Source: Alkanindiges illinoisensis DSM 15370 (GTDB taxonomy: Bacteria > Pseudomonadota > Gammaproteobacteria > Pseudomonadales > Moraxellaceae). From it: a DNA stretch of 32,000 nucleotides. The stretch spans positions 970,064-1,002,063 of the forward strand of contig NZ_JHUX01000003.1 in the NCBI RefSeq assembly GCF_000619845.1, given 5' to 3'. The notes under the pieces are model-generated. The model made no database searches and was not told the DNA's origin. It was given only the letters and a program-made list of their open reading frames with translations. Numbering within the stretch: position 1 is the stretch's first letter; the number at the start of each line of letters is the position of its first letter. The position numbers and the translations under genes are program-made. Below are positions 1 through 8,478 of this stretch, one piece after another.

Positions 1-45
1 TCCTTTTATTTAAAACACATTGAGCAGTTATTCACTCTCAAGAAA

Positions 46-1575
46 TTGTCCAGGTTAAGCCAGTGTAGCTTGATTGGATTAAGCGTTGGATTGTCAATGC
101 CTGTACTGGCCAAATCAAAACCAGCAAGTACAGGCATTACCCCAGCGCCAATTCAGGTGAAAGCCAAAACCTATGAAGAAACCTTACCAAATGGCCTCAA
201 AGTCATTATCCGTGAAGATCACCGCGCGCCAGTTGCCATGACCCAGATCTGGTACAAGGTGGGTTCTACCGATGAAACAGGTGATGAGCTTGGCCTGTCA
301 CATGCACTGGAACACATGATGTTCAAAGGCACCAGCAAGGTTCCGGGTGAGGAACTGTCGCGCATTAGCGGTAAGTTTGGCGGCTCAACCAATGCGTTTA
401 CCTCCAACAATTACACGGGTTATTACCAGCTTTATCCCGCGCAATATGTACCGCTAGCGCTGGAACTCGAAGCCGACCGCATGCAAAACCTACAGTTGCG
501 CCAACAGGATTTTGAACCGGAAATGCGGGTGATTATGGAAGAGCGCCGCCAGCGTACCGATGACAATCCAAAGGCACTGGCCTATGAAAAATTCCGCTGG
601 ATGGCCTATCCCACCAGTCCGCTACGCCAACCAACGATCGGCCATATGAAAAACCTGGAAGGCCTGAAACTGGATTCACTGAAACGCTGGTATCAAAAAT
701 GGTACACGCCCAATAATGCAACCCTGATTATTGTGGGTGACGTTGATCCGCAAAAAACCATGTATGACGTGCGCCGCTACTTTGGCGATATGCCGCGTCG
801 TGCGACGCCGATTCGTCCTGATGTGAGCGAGTTCCAGCATATTGGCGAGCGGCAAATGGATGTAAGTGTGCCTGTACAAATTCCGGCGCTTTATCTGGCA
901 TGGAATGTCGATTCGCTACAAAGTGCAGACAACCCGGATAAAGCCTATGCACTAGCATTGTTGCAATCCGTTCTGGATGGTGGCCTGTCTGCCCGCTTTG
1001 AAACCCGCCTGATTCGCGAACAACGTATACTTGCCTCGGTTAGTTGCAACTATGATCTGTTTAACCGGGGCAGCAGCCTGTTTACTATTACTGCCATTCC
1101 AGAACAGGGTGTAACCCTCGAACAAGCCCGCGCTGCAATTCTGGCTGAAGTGGAAAAACTTAAAACCGATCCAATAACCCCTACTGAACTCGAACGGGTG
1201 AAAACCAGTTATCTGGCAGAACTGGTATATAGTCAGGACAGTATTGAAGGTCAGGCACAACTAATTGGCATGCTGGAAAGTGCTAATTTGAGCTACAAGA
1301 TTATTGATGCGCTGCCACAAAAACTAAACCAGCTCTCAGTACCTTATATGCAGCAAATTGCCCAGCAATATCTAGTACCCGATAACCTCAGTACCATGTA
1401 TTTGCGGGTTGCGGATAACAAAACACAGGCCAAGTCAGATCCTAATACACAAAATCCGGTGCAAGCGGTTCCGCAGCCCAGCACACAGTCCACGATAAAG
1501 CCAGTATCAAGCGATACAGCCACCTCTGCAACCACAAATCCTGTTAGCAGCACTAATACAGGAAGCAATCCCTAA
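46..1575 (+). CDS. M16 (insulinase/pitrilysin) family zinc peptidase, catalytic-type, secreted
   Basis: Inverted zinc motif HxxEH (HALEH) near the N-terminus. Signal-peptide-like start (LSVGLSMPVLA). The start is TTG at 46, the first start codon after an in-frame stop at 22-24. Long P/T/S/Q-rich C-terminal tail. The stop overlaps the next ATG (TAATG). Confidence 0.85.
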   Translation: MSRLSQCSLIGLSVGLSMPVLAKSKPASTGITPAPIQVKAKTYEETLPNGLKVIIREDHRAPVAMTQIWYKVGSTDETGDELGLSHALEHMMFKGTSKVPGEELSRISGKFGGSTNAFTSNNYTGYYQLYPAQYVPLALELEADRMQNLQLRQQDFEPEMRVIMEERRQRTDDNPKALAYEKFRWMAYPTSPLRQPTIGHMKNLEGLKLDSLKRWYQKWYTPNNATLIIVGDVDPQKTMYDVRRYFGDMPRRATPIRPDVSEFQHIGERQMDVSVPVQIPALYLAWNVDSLQSADNPDKAYALALLQSVLDGGLSARFETRLIREQRILASVSCNYDLFNRGSSLFTITAIPEQGVTLEQARAAILAEVEKLKTDPITPTELERVKTSYLAELVYSQDSIEGQAQLIGMLESANLSYKIIDALPQKLNQLSVPYMQQIAQQYLVPDNLSTMYLRVADNKTQAKSDPNTQNPVQAVPQPSTQSTIKPVSSDTATSATTNPVSSTNTGSNP

Positions 1576-3290
1576 TGAATCAACTTATAAATAACACCAT
1601 GTTCTGTTCCCGTACCTTGATAGCGCGTTTTAGCGCCAGCTTTTTAAGCGTTGCCATGGCTGCTACCACAATTTCTCCTTTGGCTATTTCCAATGTCTGG
1701 GCCGAGGAATCCCATCAGGCCGAACCCAGCGATGCACCGATTACTTCACTGGCAACCTTAAGCAGCTTGCGCAATATTGCAGCGTCAGGGGCTGTGGCAA
1801 TCAAGACCCCAGCAATTGAGAGCCTGAGCACTAAAACCGGCACGCCCACCCTGTTTGTGGCAGCGCCCGAATTGCCGATTGTTGATATTCGCCTTACCTT
1901 TGATGCCGGCTCTGCACGTGATAGCGAATTTCGCGATGGCTTGTATGGCTTGGCATCCTTAACCTCGCAACTTTTGGATGAAGGCACTTCTACCCAGAGC
2001 ACAGATGATATTGCTGCCAACTTTGAACGCCTTGGCGCCGAATTTAGTGCAACGTCTTACCGTGACATGTTTACGGTGAGCCTGCGTACCCTGTCTGACC
2101 CGGCTTATTTTAACCCTGCGGTAGACCAGTTACTGGCCATTCTAAAGGATGCGCAATTTCCGCAAGCCAGTATTGACCGGGTGCTTAACAATGCCGCTAT
2201 CGGCCAGCAACAGCGCAAGGAATCACCGGGCGCTGTCGTGGGCATTCGATTTTACCGGGAATTATACGGTAAGCATCCATATGCAGAACCGACCACAGGG
2301 ACTGAAGCCAGCCTGAAAAAAATTACCCCGCAGGACATCCGTAACTTTAAGGATACCTATCTGGTTGCAAAAAACCTGAATATTGCCATTACCGGGCAAC
2401 TCAGCCGTGATCAGGCGCAGCAACTGGCTAACCGCATTAGCCAGAGCCTGCCCGCTGGTCAAAAAGCGCAGCCCTTGCCTGCACCACAACCCCTGACTAC
2501 TGCCAAAACAGTGGCTGTTCCGTTTAATTCCAGCCAGTCGCATGTGATGATTGGTCAGTTGGGCATTACCCGTGACAATCCCGACATTTATGCACTGACC
2601 GTTGGTAATGAAATGCTGGGCGGTGACGGTTTTAATGCATTGTTAATGAAAGAATTGCGTGAAAAACGTGGCCTGACCTATGGTGCTTACAGTGGTTTTA
2701 CCTCCATGCGCACCACTGGGCCGTTTATCATGAGCTATTCCACACGTGGTGATCAGGCCGTTGAAAGTATTAGGGTCGCCAAGCAAACCCTGCAAAATTT
2801 TTTAAGCCAGCCTTTGGATCAGCAACTGCTCAGTGAAACCCGCGAAGGATTGCTGAAAAGCTATCCACTATCACTGTCCAGCAATGAAAGCATTCTGGGT
2901 TATCTGGGTATGATTGGCTTTTACGGTTTACCAACCAGCTATCTGGCCGATTATCCCAAAAAGATTGAAGCAGTTACCCCGCAAGAAATTCAGGCTGCCT
3001 TACGCAAATATATTCAGCCATCCAGCATGCTCACAGTCGTTGTGGGTCAACCTTTTGACAGCAATGCCTTAAACACCCCGATTGCGCCTGCTACAGCAGC
3101 CAGTCAACCCGGTGAAGTACCAGTAGTGCCAACAGAAGCTATATCAAAGGATATAGACAGCAAGGAAAGCATTAGCACGGCGCCAGCACAGCAGCCCTCT
3201 CTAAAAGACCCGCAACCTGTGTCACCAGCGGATGCTACGCAACCTACAGATACAGCATCACCATCCATTAGCCAGACAGGGCAACCTTAA
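1575..3290 (+). CDS. M16 family peptidase, partner subunit lacking the HxxEH motif
   Basis: M16 fold-like sequence (TFDAGSARD, LTYGAYS) with no HxxEH. N-terminal signal-like hydrophobic segment. Translationally coupled to the upstream M16 gene. Low-complexity P/S/T/Q/A tail. Confidence 0.8.
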   Translation: MNQLINNTMFCSRTLIARFSASFLSVAMAATTISPLAISNVWAEESHQAEPSDAPITSLATLSSLRNIAASGAVAIKTPAIESLSTKTGTPTLFVAAPELPIVDIRLTFDAGSARDSEFRDGLYGLASLTSQLLDEGTSTQSTDDIAANFERLGAEFSATSYRDMFTVSLRTLSDPAYFNPAVDQLLAILKDAQFPQASIDRVLNNAAIGQQQRKESPGAVVGIRFYRELYGKHPYAEPTTGTEASLKKITPQDIRNFKDTYLVAKNLNIAITGQLSRDQAQQLANRISQSLPAGQKAQPLPAPQPLTTAKTVAVPFNSSQSHVMIGQLGITRDNPDIYALTVGNEMLGGDGFNALLMKELREKRGLTYGAYSGFTSMRTTGPFIMSYSTRGDQAVESIRVAKQTLQNFLSQPLDQQLLSETREGLLKSYPLSLSSNESILGYLGMIGFYGLPTSYLADYPKKIEAVTPQEIQAALRKYIQPSSMLTVVVGQPFDSNALNTPIAPATAASQPGEVPVVPTEAISKDIDSKESISTAPAQQPSLKDPQPVSPADATQPTDTASPSISQTGQP

Positions 3291-3292
3291 TC

Positions 3293-4696
3293 ATGGCAAA
3301 TTTTGATGGTTTTGATGGACTGGGTTTTGGTACAGACATCCGGGGAAATTCCAGCTTTGGTACTGTTCGCCTCAGTGAATACCTGAATGCCATTCAGACC
3401 GTAATCAAGTTAAGCTTTGATGAAGGTACGTGGGTTAAGGCAGAAATTACCGGCATGAGCAGCAAAACCGGTCATTATTATTTTGAACTGGCTGAAAAAG
3501 ACCAGTTTACCGATAAAACCGTTGCCACCTGCCGGGCAACCTTATGGCGCGGCCAGGCCCAGCGACTGATTAGCCAGTTTAAGGCTGAAAGCGGGATTGA
3601 TCTGGCCAAAAACCTGAGCGTACTGGTCAAGGTACGGCCTAATTTTAACCCGCAATATGGCTTTTCCTTAAATATTGAGGATATTGACTCCAGCTATACC
3701 TTGGGTGATCTGGCGCAAAAATATCAGGATATTGTACGGCGGCTGGTGGATGAAGAACTCATTGATCTTAACCGCAGTTTACCAAATCCCTTTGATATCC
3801 GTCAGGTGTTGGTCATTGCACCGGAAAAAGCAGCTGGACTGGGGGATTTCCAAAAGGATGCCGACCTGCTGGCGCAACATGGCGTCTGTGAATTTATTTA
3901 CGCGCATGCGACATTTCAGGGGGTTGATGCCCCAAAAACCATTCAAACCGCCCTGTTCGATACGTTGCAGCAATGGCAAGATACAAAGCAAAGCCTGCCT
4001 GATCTGGTTGTCATCATTCGGGGTGGTGGCGCGGTAAATGATCTGGCTTACCTGAATGACTACACCCTTGCTGCCATGCTGGCGCAGAGTCCGGTTCCAG
4101 TTTGGGTGGGCATTGGCCATGAACGAGACCGCACCATTCTGGATGAAATTGCCCATCGCTCCTTTGACACGCCCAGCAAGGTGATTGCCGGAATTAGAAA
4201 CCACATTGCCAATGTGACCGAACAGGCCGAAAGCTATTTCGACACTATACAATCTATAGCGCATTATGCGTTTAATGCAGGCTTGGCAGAACTTGAAACC
4301 CTGATGACCCTAACCCAGCGCAGCAGCAAATACAAGCTACTCCAGCTTAGCCAGGAAACCGATCAGCTGATTGAAACCCAGCACTATCTGGCTCAGCAAC
4401 ACATCAGGCAAGCACAGCAACAGACCGAACAACTGATGCGCGAAATTCTGCTACAAAGTCCCAAGCAAACCCTTGAGCGTGGTTATGCCATTGTGCGCTT
4501 AAATGGCAAGCCGATTAGTTCTGTCAAAGAGCTGCAAAATGCTTCTGCGCAACCTACAGACACACCACCTTTAGCAAACCAGGCTTTAAATAGCCGGGCT
4601 TCAAATAGTCAAGCTTCCAGCCAGACAGTTATTCAGATTGACATGCAGGATGGCCAAGCCACTGCCCAGCTTAGTACCATCAATTTTTTTGAGTGA
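3293..4696 (+). CDS. xseA: Exodeoxyribonuclease VII large subunit
   Basis: Typical XseA N-terminal OB region (VRLSEYLNAIQTVI..WVKAEITG..GHYYFEL), catalytic core (VIAPEKAAGLGDF, IIRGGGA, GIGHERD) and coiled-coil C-terminus. Starts 2 nt after the previous stop. Confidence 0.93.
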   Translation: MANFDGFDGLGFGTDIRGNSSFGTVRLSEYLNAIQTVIKLSFDEGTWVKAEITGMSSKTGHYYFELAEKDQFTDKTVATCRATLWRGQAQRLISQFKAESGIDLAKNLSVLVKVRPNFNPQYGFSLNIEDIDSSYTLGDLAQKYQDIVRRLVDEELIDLNRSLPNPFDIRQVLVIAPEKAAGLGDFQKDADLLAQHGVCEFIYAHATFQGVDAPKTIQTALFDTLQQWQDTKQSLPDLVVIIRGGGAVNDLAYLNDYTLAAMLAQSPVPVWVGIGHERDRTILDEIAHRSFDTPSKVIAGIRNHIANVTEQAESYFDTIQSIAHYAFNAGLAELETLMTLTQRSSKYKLLQLSQETDQLIETQHYLAQQHIRQAQQQTEQLMREILLQSPKQTLERGYAIVRLNGKPISSVKELQNASAQPTDTPPLANQALNSRASNSQASSQTVIQIDMQDGQATAQLSTINFFE

Positions 4697-4703
4697 ACTT
4701 ATT

Positions 4704-4928
4704 ATGCCCAAATCAGAAATCAACCAACCTACAGACCATTCTTCAATGGATTTTAAACAGGCATTTGCGGTTCTCAAGCAAAATGCCGAACGACTAGAAG
4801 ACCAGCAGGAGCCTGATCTGGATCAGCTCATGGTGATTGTGGAAGAATCCATGCAAGCCTATAAAGCCTGCAAGTCTCGCATCAAGGCTGTACAGGATGC
4901 CCTTAACCAAACCTTTGAGCATGATTAA
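4704..4928 (+). CDS. xseB: Exodeoxyribonuclease VII small subunit
   Basis: The 74-aa product from ATG 4704 (MPKSEINQ..FKQAFAVLKQNAERLE) resembles XseB and sits immediately after xseA. The longer ORF from 4638 overlaps the xseA end and is unlikely. Confidence 0.85.
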   Translation: MPKSEINQPTDHSSMDFKQAFAVLKQNAERLEDQQEPDLDQLMVIVEESMQAYKACKSRIKAVQDALNQTFEHD

Positions 4929-4944
4929 CTTGATCAAGTAGTCA

Positions 4945-4987
4945 TAAAAAAACGATGTATGAATAGACACTCATACATCGTTTTTTG
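4945..4987. terminator. Bidirectional rho-independent terminator (xseB on +, KGG gene on -)
   Basis: Perfect 10-bp stem cgatgtatga/tcatacatcg (4953-4962 and 4971-4980). An A-run precedes it and a T-run follows. Confidence 0.85.
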
Positions 4988-5102
4988 CTTTCAGACCGTA
5001 GAGTCCACAAAGTCAGCTTTAAATTAACCTAGCTTTAGAATAATCAGGCTGCTTGCTTCTCTCTGGTTCAGTTTTAAAACTCTAGCCATCTAGATTGCAA
5101 TC

Positions 5103-5585
5103 TTAGCGATTTTGCTTACTGGTAAACTGGCCATCTTCATCACGGGACTGATTACCGTTCTGATTGGACTGCTGGCCACGCTGGCTGCCCTGCTGCTTAC
5201 CGCTTGAGCTGTCATTTTGGGTATATTGGTTATTGCCCTGACTGTTGTTGCTTTGCTTGCCCTGGTTTTGGTTATTGCTACCCTGTTGCTTGCCATTACT
5301 ATTGCTGCTTTGGGTTTGCTGACCTTGTCCACCATGGCTTTTTGAACCCGCCTGACGTGCTTCTTCAGAGGTAAACTCATGAGCATTACCACTGGCATGA
5401 GCGGCACGGCCACCTTCACTGGCAATTTCACGCTGACGCTCTGGATCCATGCTGGCAAAGCCACGGTTTGAAGTACCGCCACCTTGTTGCTGTTGCTGTC
5501 CGCCCTGTTGTTGGTGCTGTTTGCCTTGCTGACTACTTTGAGTATGCTGATTATTTCCTTGGGAATTATTTGAACGATTAGACAT
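5103..5585 (-). CDS. KGG-repeat (stress-induced acidophilic repeat) general stress protein, N/Q/G/S-rich, hydrophilin-like
   Basis: Core RGFASMDPERQREIASEGGRAAHASGNAHEFTSEEARQAGSKSHGG resembles the YciG/KGG repeat family. The rest is N/Q/G/S low complexity. ATG at 5585 is preceded by aaaggtaggtg; the ORF start at 5627 is less likely. Confidence 0.8.
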   Translation of the reverse strand: MSNRSNNSQGNNQHTQSSQQGKQHQQQGGQQQQQGGGTSNRGFASMDPERQREIASEGGRAAHASGNAHEFTSEEARQAGSKSHGGQGQQTQSSNSNGKQQGSNNQNQGKQSNNSQGNNQYTQNDSSSGKQQGSQRGQQSNQNGNQSRDEDGQFTSKQNR

Positions 5586-6110
5586 ATTACACCTACCTTT
5601 CGAATTAATAACGTGGGTTAATAACACACCGAAGTTTCGGTTTAATCAAGTTAAGCGTATTATCCCAATTACACTGTCTAAAAAACTGTAGAGTTTTACA
5701 ACCTTAATCCAGTCTTAGGTCATTAAATGTAATGCAGGTAAATTTATATAAATACTTCCATCCTCTTTATATTTTATTCATAGCTCTTTAAATAATCACA
5801 ACTTAATGTATATTAAATAAAAATTTAATCTTACATTTTAGAGTAGCTAAAGAAAAATTTTAACTATTTAAAATTTTAATGACATGATGGAGAAATTATG
5901 TGTTCAATGCATTCACTAATTTAAATACTGGCTTTAAATAAAAAATTTTTTTATTTTAATTAGATAAGAATATTTTAGCTTAAATCTTACCAAGTATATA
6001 TAAAACTAATGCCCTACAGAGGGCATCAGTTTAAATCAGATCATCTATAGATCGCATGCAAGAAATAGCTTCAAGCAAATATCTCCAGATAGCTATCTAA
6101 CAATATTTAA
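5586..6110. other. Long, very AT-rich non-coding spacer (KGG-gene 5' region plus DUF2171 3' region)
   Basis: No ORF of 60 aa or more. Runs of A/T throughout. Contains short perfect palindromes atctatagat (~6044-6053) and agatagctatct (~6087-6098), and accgaa-gt-ttcggt (5629-5642) in the KGG leader. Confidence 0.5.
5998..6027 (-). terminator. Rho-independent terminator downstream of the DUF2171 gene
   Basis: Stem atgccct/agggcat (6009-6026) with a 4-nt loop. On the minus strand it is followed by a T-rich run (tagttttatatat). Confidence 0.6.
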
Positions 6111-6356
6111 TTAGATGGAACGCCATTGCTGCTGCGCTTCAGCTGCTGTCTTGTTCAATACAACCTGACCATCGTTGATGGATTCAACCCACTCAACCGG
6201 AATGGCATGGTGCGTGTTATCAGCGGCTGAATCCTGCTTTGCCAGTTTAATCTGGTCAGTACCAATCGCGTGATCCACTTTGCCGACGTGTTGTTGATCA
6301 GAGCCAATTACTTCAGCATGCGGTTTAATATCATTAATATCTATTTGTCTAGCCAT
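6111..6356 (-). CDS. DUF2171 (PRC-barrel-like) small protein
   Basis: 81 aa. The pattern V.GSD..HVGKVDH..G.DQIKL.K.D....HH.IP..WV..I.DG.V.L matches my memory of DUF2171. Confidence 0.7.
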   Translation of the reverse strand: MARQIDINDIKPHAEVIGSDQQHVGKVDHAIGTDQIKLAKQDSAADNTHHAIPVEWVESINDGQVVLNKTAAEAQQQWRSI

Positions 6357-6799
6357 TACAAGCTCCTTATATTACTCTAATTTTAAATTAACCTTCTTGA
6401 TTAAAAGTTAATTTTTAAAAATTTTATTACCTGATAGTTAAAATTTAAATATCAATAATATCAAACAGATTTTAGCTATCAAGCAATGCCCATGACTTTA
6501 TAATAAATTTTCAGCAATTAAATAATCCAAAACGTCACTATATGTAATTTGATGTAGTTTATGAAATTAGCAATAATATTAGTTATAAGAAAATAAATTA
6601 TTAAGACACTGTAATTAATAAAAAATTTTTAAATATATAGAAGTAAGATTTTATTGCAAAGTAATTCCATCTTCATAAATTGAGCCTTCTAATTTTCTTA
6701 TATACCTCCTTGTATATCGCTTGTTTTTAGCTCTTTTAACCCTTTGCATTCATTGCTATTAATCATTGTCCCCGAATAACTGAAAGATGAGGTTTATTG
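6357..6799. promoter_or_regulatory. About 440-bp AT-rich divergent control region between the DUF2171 gene (-) and the SDR gene (+)
   Basis: No credible ORF and extreme A/T richness. It must contain both divergent promoters. No specific operator identified. Confidence 0.4.
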
Positions 6800-7678
6800 A
6801 TGAGCACAATCCTAATTACAGGCGCCGGTACTGGTTTTGGACGTGAATCTGCCCTACGTTTGGCTGAAAAAGGCCATGCGGTTATTGCAGGTGTGGAAAT
6901 ATTTCCACAAATTTTTGATCTGCAACAGGAAGCCAAAAAGCGTGGCGTCAATTTACAGGTTGAAAAACTGGACATTACCAATGAAAAAGACCGTGAAAAA
7001 GCCTGGCAATGGGATATCGATGTCTTGGTCAATAACGCAGGTGTGGCAGAAGGTGGCGCAGTTGCTGACATCCCGGAGAAAAATCTGCGTCATCAATTTG
7101 AAGTCAACGTTTTTGGCACAATTTTATTGACACAGGGTTTTGCCAAAGCAATGGCGCAAAAAAATGAAGGTAAAATTATTTTTATTTCTTCAGTTGCCGG
7201 CTTAATGACGGATCCTTTTTCTGGTCCATATTCTGCCTCTAAACACGCCCTGGAAGCCTTTGCCACTGCATTGCATAAAGAACTTAAGGAATTTGGCATT
7301 CAGGTTACTACCATCAACCCAGGCCCATACCTGACAGGCTTTAATGACAGGATGTATGAAACGTGGAAAAACTGGGATGATCAGCCGGAAAAACGCCTGT
7401 TTGACTATGATCAATTGGCGTTCCCGCATATGCAACTTGACCCTGAAGCAGTCTATGAAACTGTTGTGGACGTCGTGTCTGGCAAGAGCAAGCTTTATCG
7501 TAATGTGACGCCTAAAGCCATGAAAAAGCAGCTTCAGGCGCTTATGGCTGCCGAATGGGAAGTTACCCAAAACTCTGGTACTGGCAAGCGTGATAACATG
7601 GTGCAGCAAGCTTATGACATGAAACCCGGTACGCCTGCCAAAACCTTTATTCTGGACAAACTTTTAAAAAGTTTTTGA
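6800..7678 (+). CDS. Classical short-chain dehydrogenase/reductase (SDR)
   Basis: TGAGTGFG cofactor motif, NNAG, and the catalytic Ser...YSASK set. ATG 6800 lies 7 nt after aagatgagg; TTG 6797 is an alternative start. Confidence 0.88.
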   Translation: MSTILITGAGTGFGRESALRLAEKGHAVIAGVEIFPQIFDLQQEAKKRGVNLQVEKLDITNEKDREKAWQWDIDVLVNNAGVAEGGAVADIPEKNLRHQFEVNVFGTILLTQGFAKAMAQKNEGKIIFISSVAGLMTDPFSGPYSASKHALEAFATALHKELKEFGIQVTTINPGPYLTGFNDRMYETWKNWDDQPEKRLFDYDQLAFPHMQLDPEAVYETVVDVVSGKSKLYRNVTPKAMKKQLQALMAAEWEVTQNSGTGKRDNMVQQAYDMKPGTPAKTFILDKLLKSF

Positions 7679-7714
7679 TCCCTTGCACTTAAATTAAAAC
7701 CCATTTAGCCAGCA

Positions 7715-7756
7715 TGAAAAAAGCCGCTCAGTTAATGAATTGAACGGCTTTTTTCA
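7715..7756. terminator. Putative bidirectional terminator between the SDR gene and the 127-aa ORF
   Basis: gaaaaaagccg ... cggcttttttc inverted repeat with a fairly long loop and A/T runs on both sides. It sits between convergent genes. Confidence 0.55.
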
Positions 7757-7814
7757 TAATTCTAGCTATCATTAAGGCAACTCAATTCTAATGCACGGCC
7801 TTTAAACGTATCAG

Positions 7815-8198
7815 CTATAACAAGCTATCTAAACGTGCGGACTCGCCACTTGAAGAACGTAACTGATGGATTTTTTCAGAAGCCACCGCAATGGGCAAAA
7901 CCTTGTTAATCAGTTCAACCAGATCAGGAAAGGTTTTTAAGGCCACAAATTGCGGGTCACAGCCTGCCAGTAAATCCAGTTCTACCAGATAAGCATAATG
8001 GGCTCTATCTGGATTGCCAACATATACTTCCATAATCACGTCACCGCAGATCATATTCCCAATGCTCATTCCATCTGCTGGCTCGTATCCTGCATTTCTG
8101 ATGTCTTCCGACAAATCAATGCTGGCAGTTTCCTTTTGAGTATGTGTAAGAAAATCTTCTATTTCTGCCCAGCCATATTTATAGCTAAATTTCCACAT
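7815..8198 (-). CDS. Hypothetical protein, 127 aa, no recognisable family
   Basis: Clean ORF with no competing ORF of similar length. No signal peptide or TM segment and no motif I can place. Confidence 0.55.
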   Translation of the reverse strand: MWKFSYKYGWAEIEDFLTHTQKETASIDLSEDIRNAGYEPADGMSIGNMICGDVIMEVYVGNPDRAHYAYLVELDLLAGCDPQFVALKTFPDLVELINKVLPIAVASEKIHQLRSSSGESARLDSLL

Positions 8199-8478
8199 AC
8201 TTCAATTCCTTTTACTATTAAAAAATTAGCACCAACAACCTCACAGCTAAAATTGTAAATCCTGTTACCAAGCTTTTAAACCGTGAATTGTAGCAACTAT
8301 ATTAAAAAGTAGACTAATCTGTATAGGGTTCTGTTACTAAAGGCTAATAAAACAAGTGATCAGCAAATTTTAATGTAAACTAAGAACTATAATAATTTTT
8401 TAAACAGCTTTAAAAAGCGCTTTCATGGTACAAAAACAATAGAATAGCAGGTTGGCAATACCAATAAATGCATAACGG

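Noticed and set aside
3675-4264. ORFs of 120 aa (+, alternative frame) and 161 aa (-) inside xseA. Similar shadow ORFs occur inside the M16 genes, cstA, the transglutaminase, MoxR, ampG, the Lon-like gene and other genes.
   Set aside because: All are fully nested in confidently identified genes and have odd composition with no recognisable motifs. They are typical frame-shadow ORFs.
4638-4703. Longer xseB start at 4638, overlapping the xseA end by 59 nt.
   Set aside because: The extension (MTCRMAKPLPSLVPSIFLSELI) is simply the xseA 3' end read in another frame. XseB-like sequence starts at ATG 4704.
4997-5016. Short similarity (gtaga..cacaa) to the 3' acceptor end of tRNA-Val, as a possible att-type direct repeat bounding an island.
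   Set aside because: Only about 10 scattered matching bases, with an indel. This is well within chance for AT-rich DNA and is not a credible attachment-site repeat.
5090-5482. 130-aa ORF in a second minus-strand reading frame, overlapping the KGG stress-protein gene.
   Set aside because: It lies entirely inside the low-complexity KGG gene. Its translation (A/V/K/S/M-rich) is a by-product of the repetitive codons, and no start context supports it.
5898-5924. 8-codon mini-ORF (MCSMHSLI) with a good GGAGA Shine-Dalgarno sequence in the AT-rich spacer.
   Set aside because: It is on the + strand with no downstream + strand gene to regulate, since both neighbours are on the minus strand. In DNA this AT-rich, a chance SD and ATG are expected.
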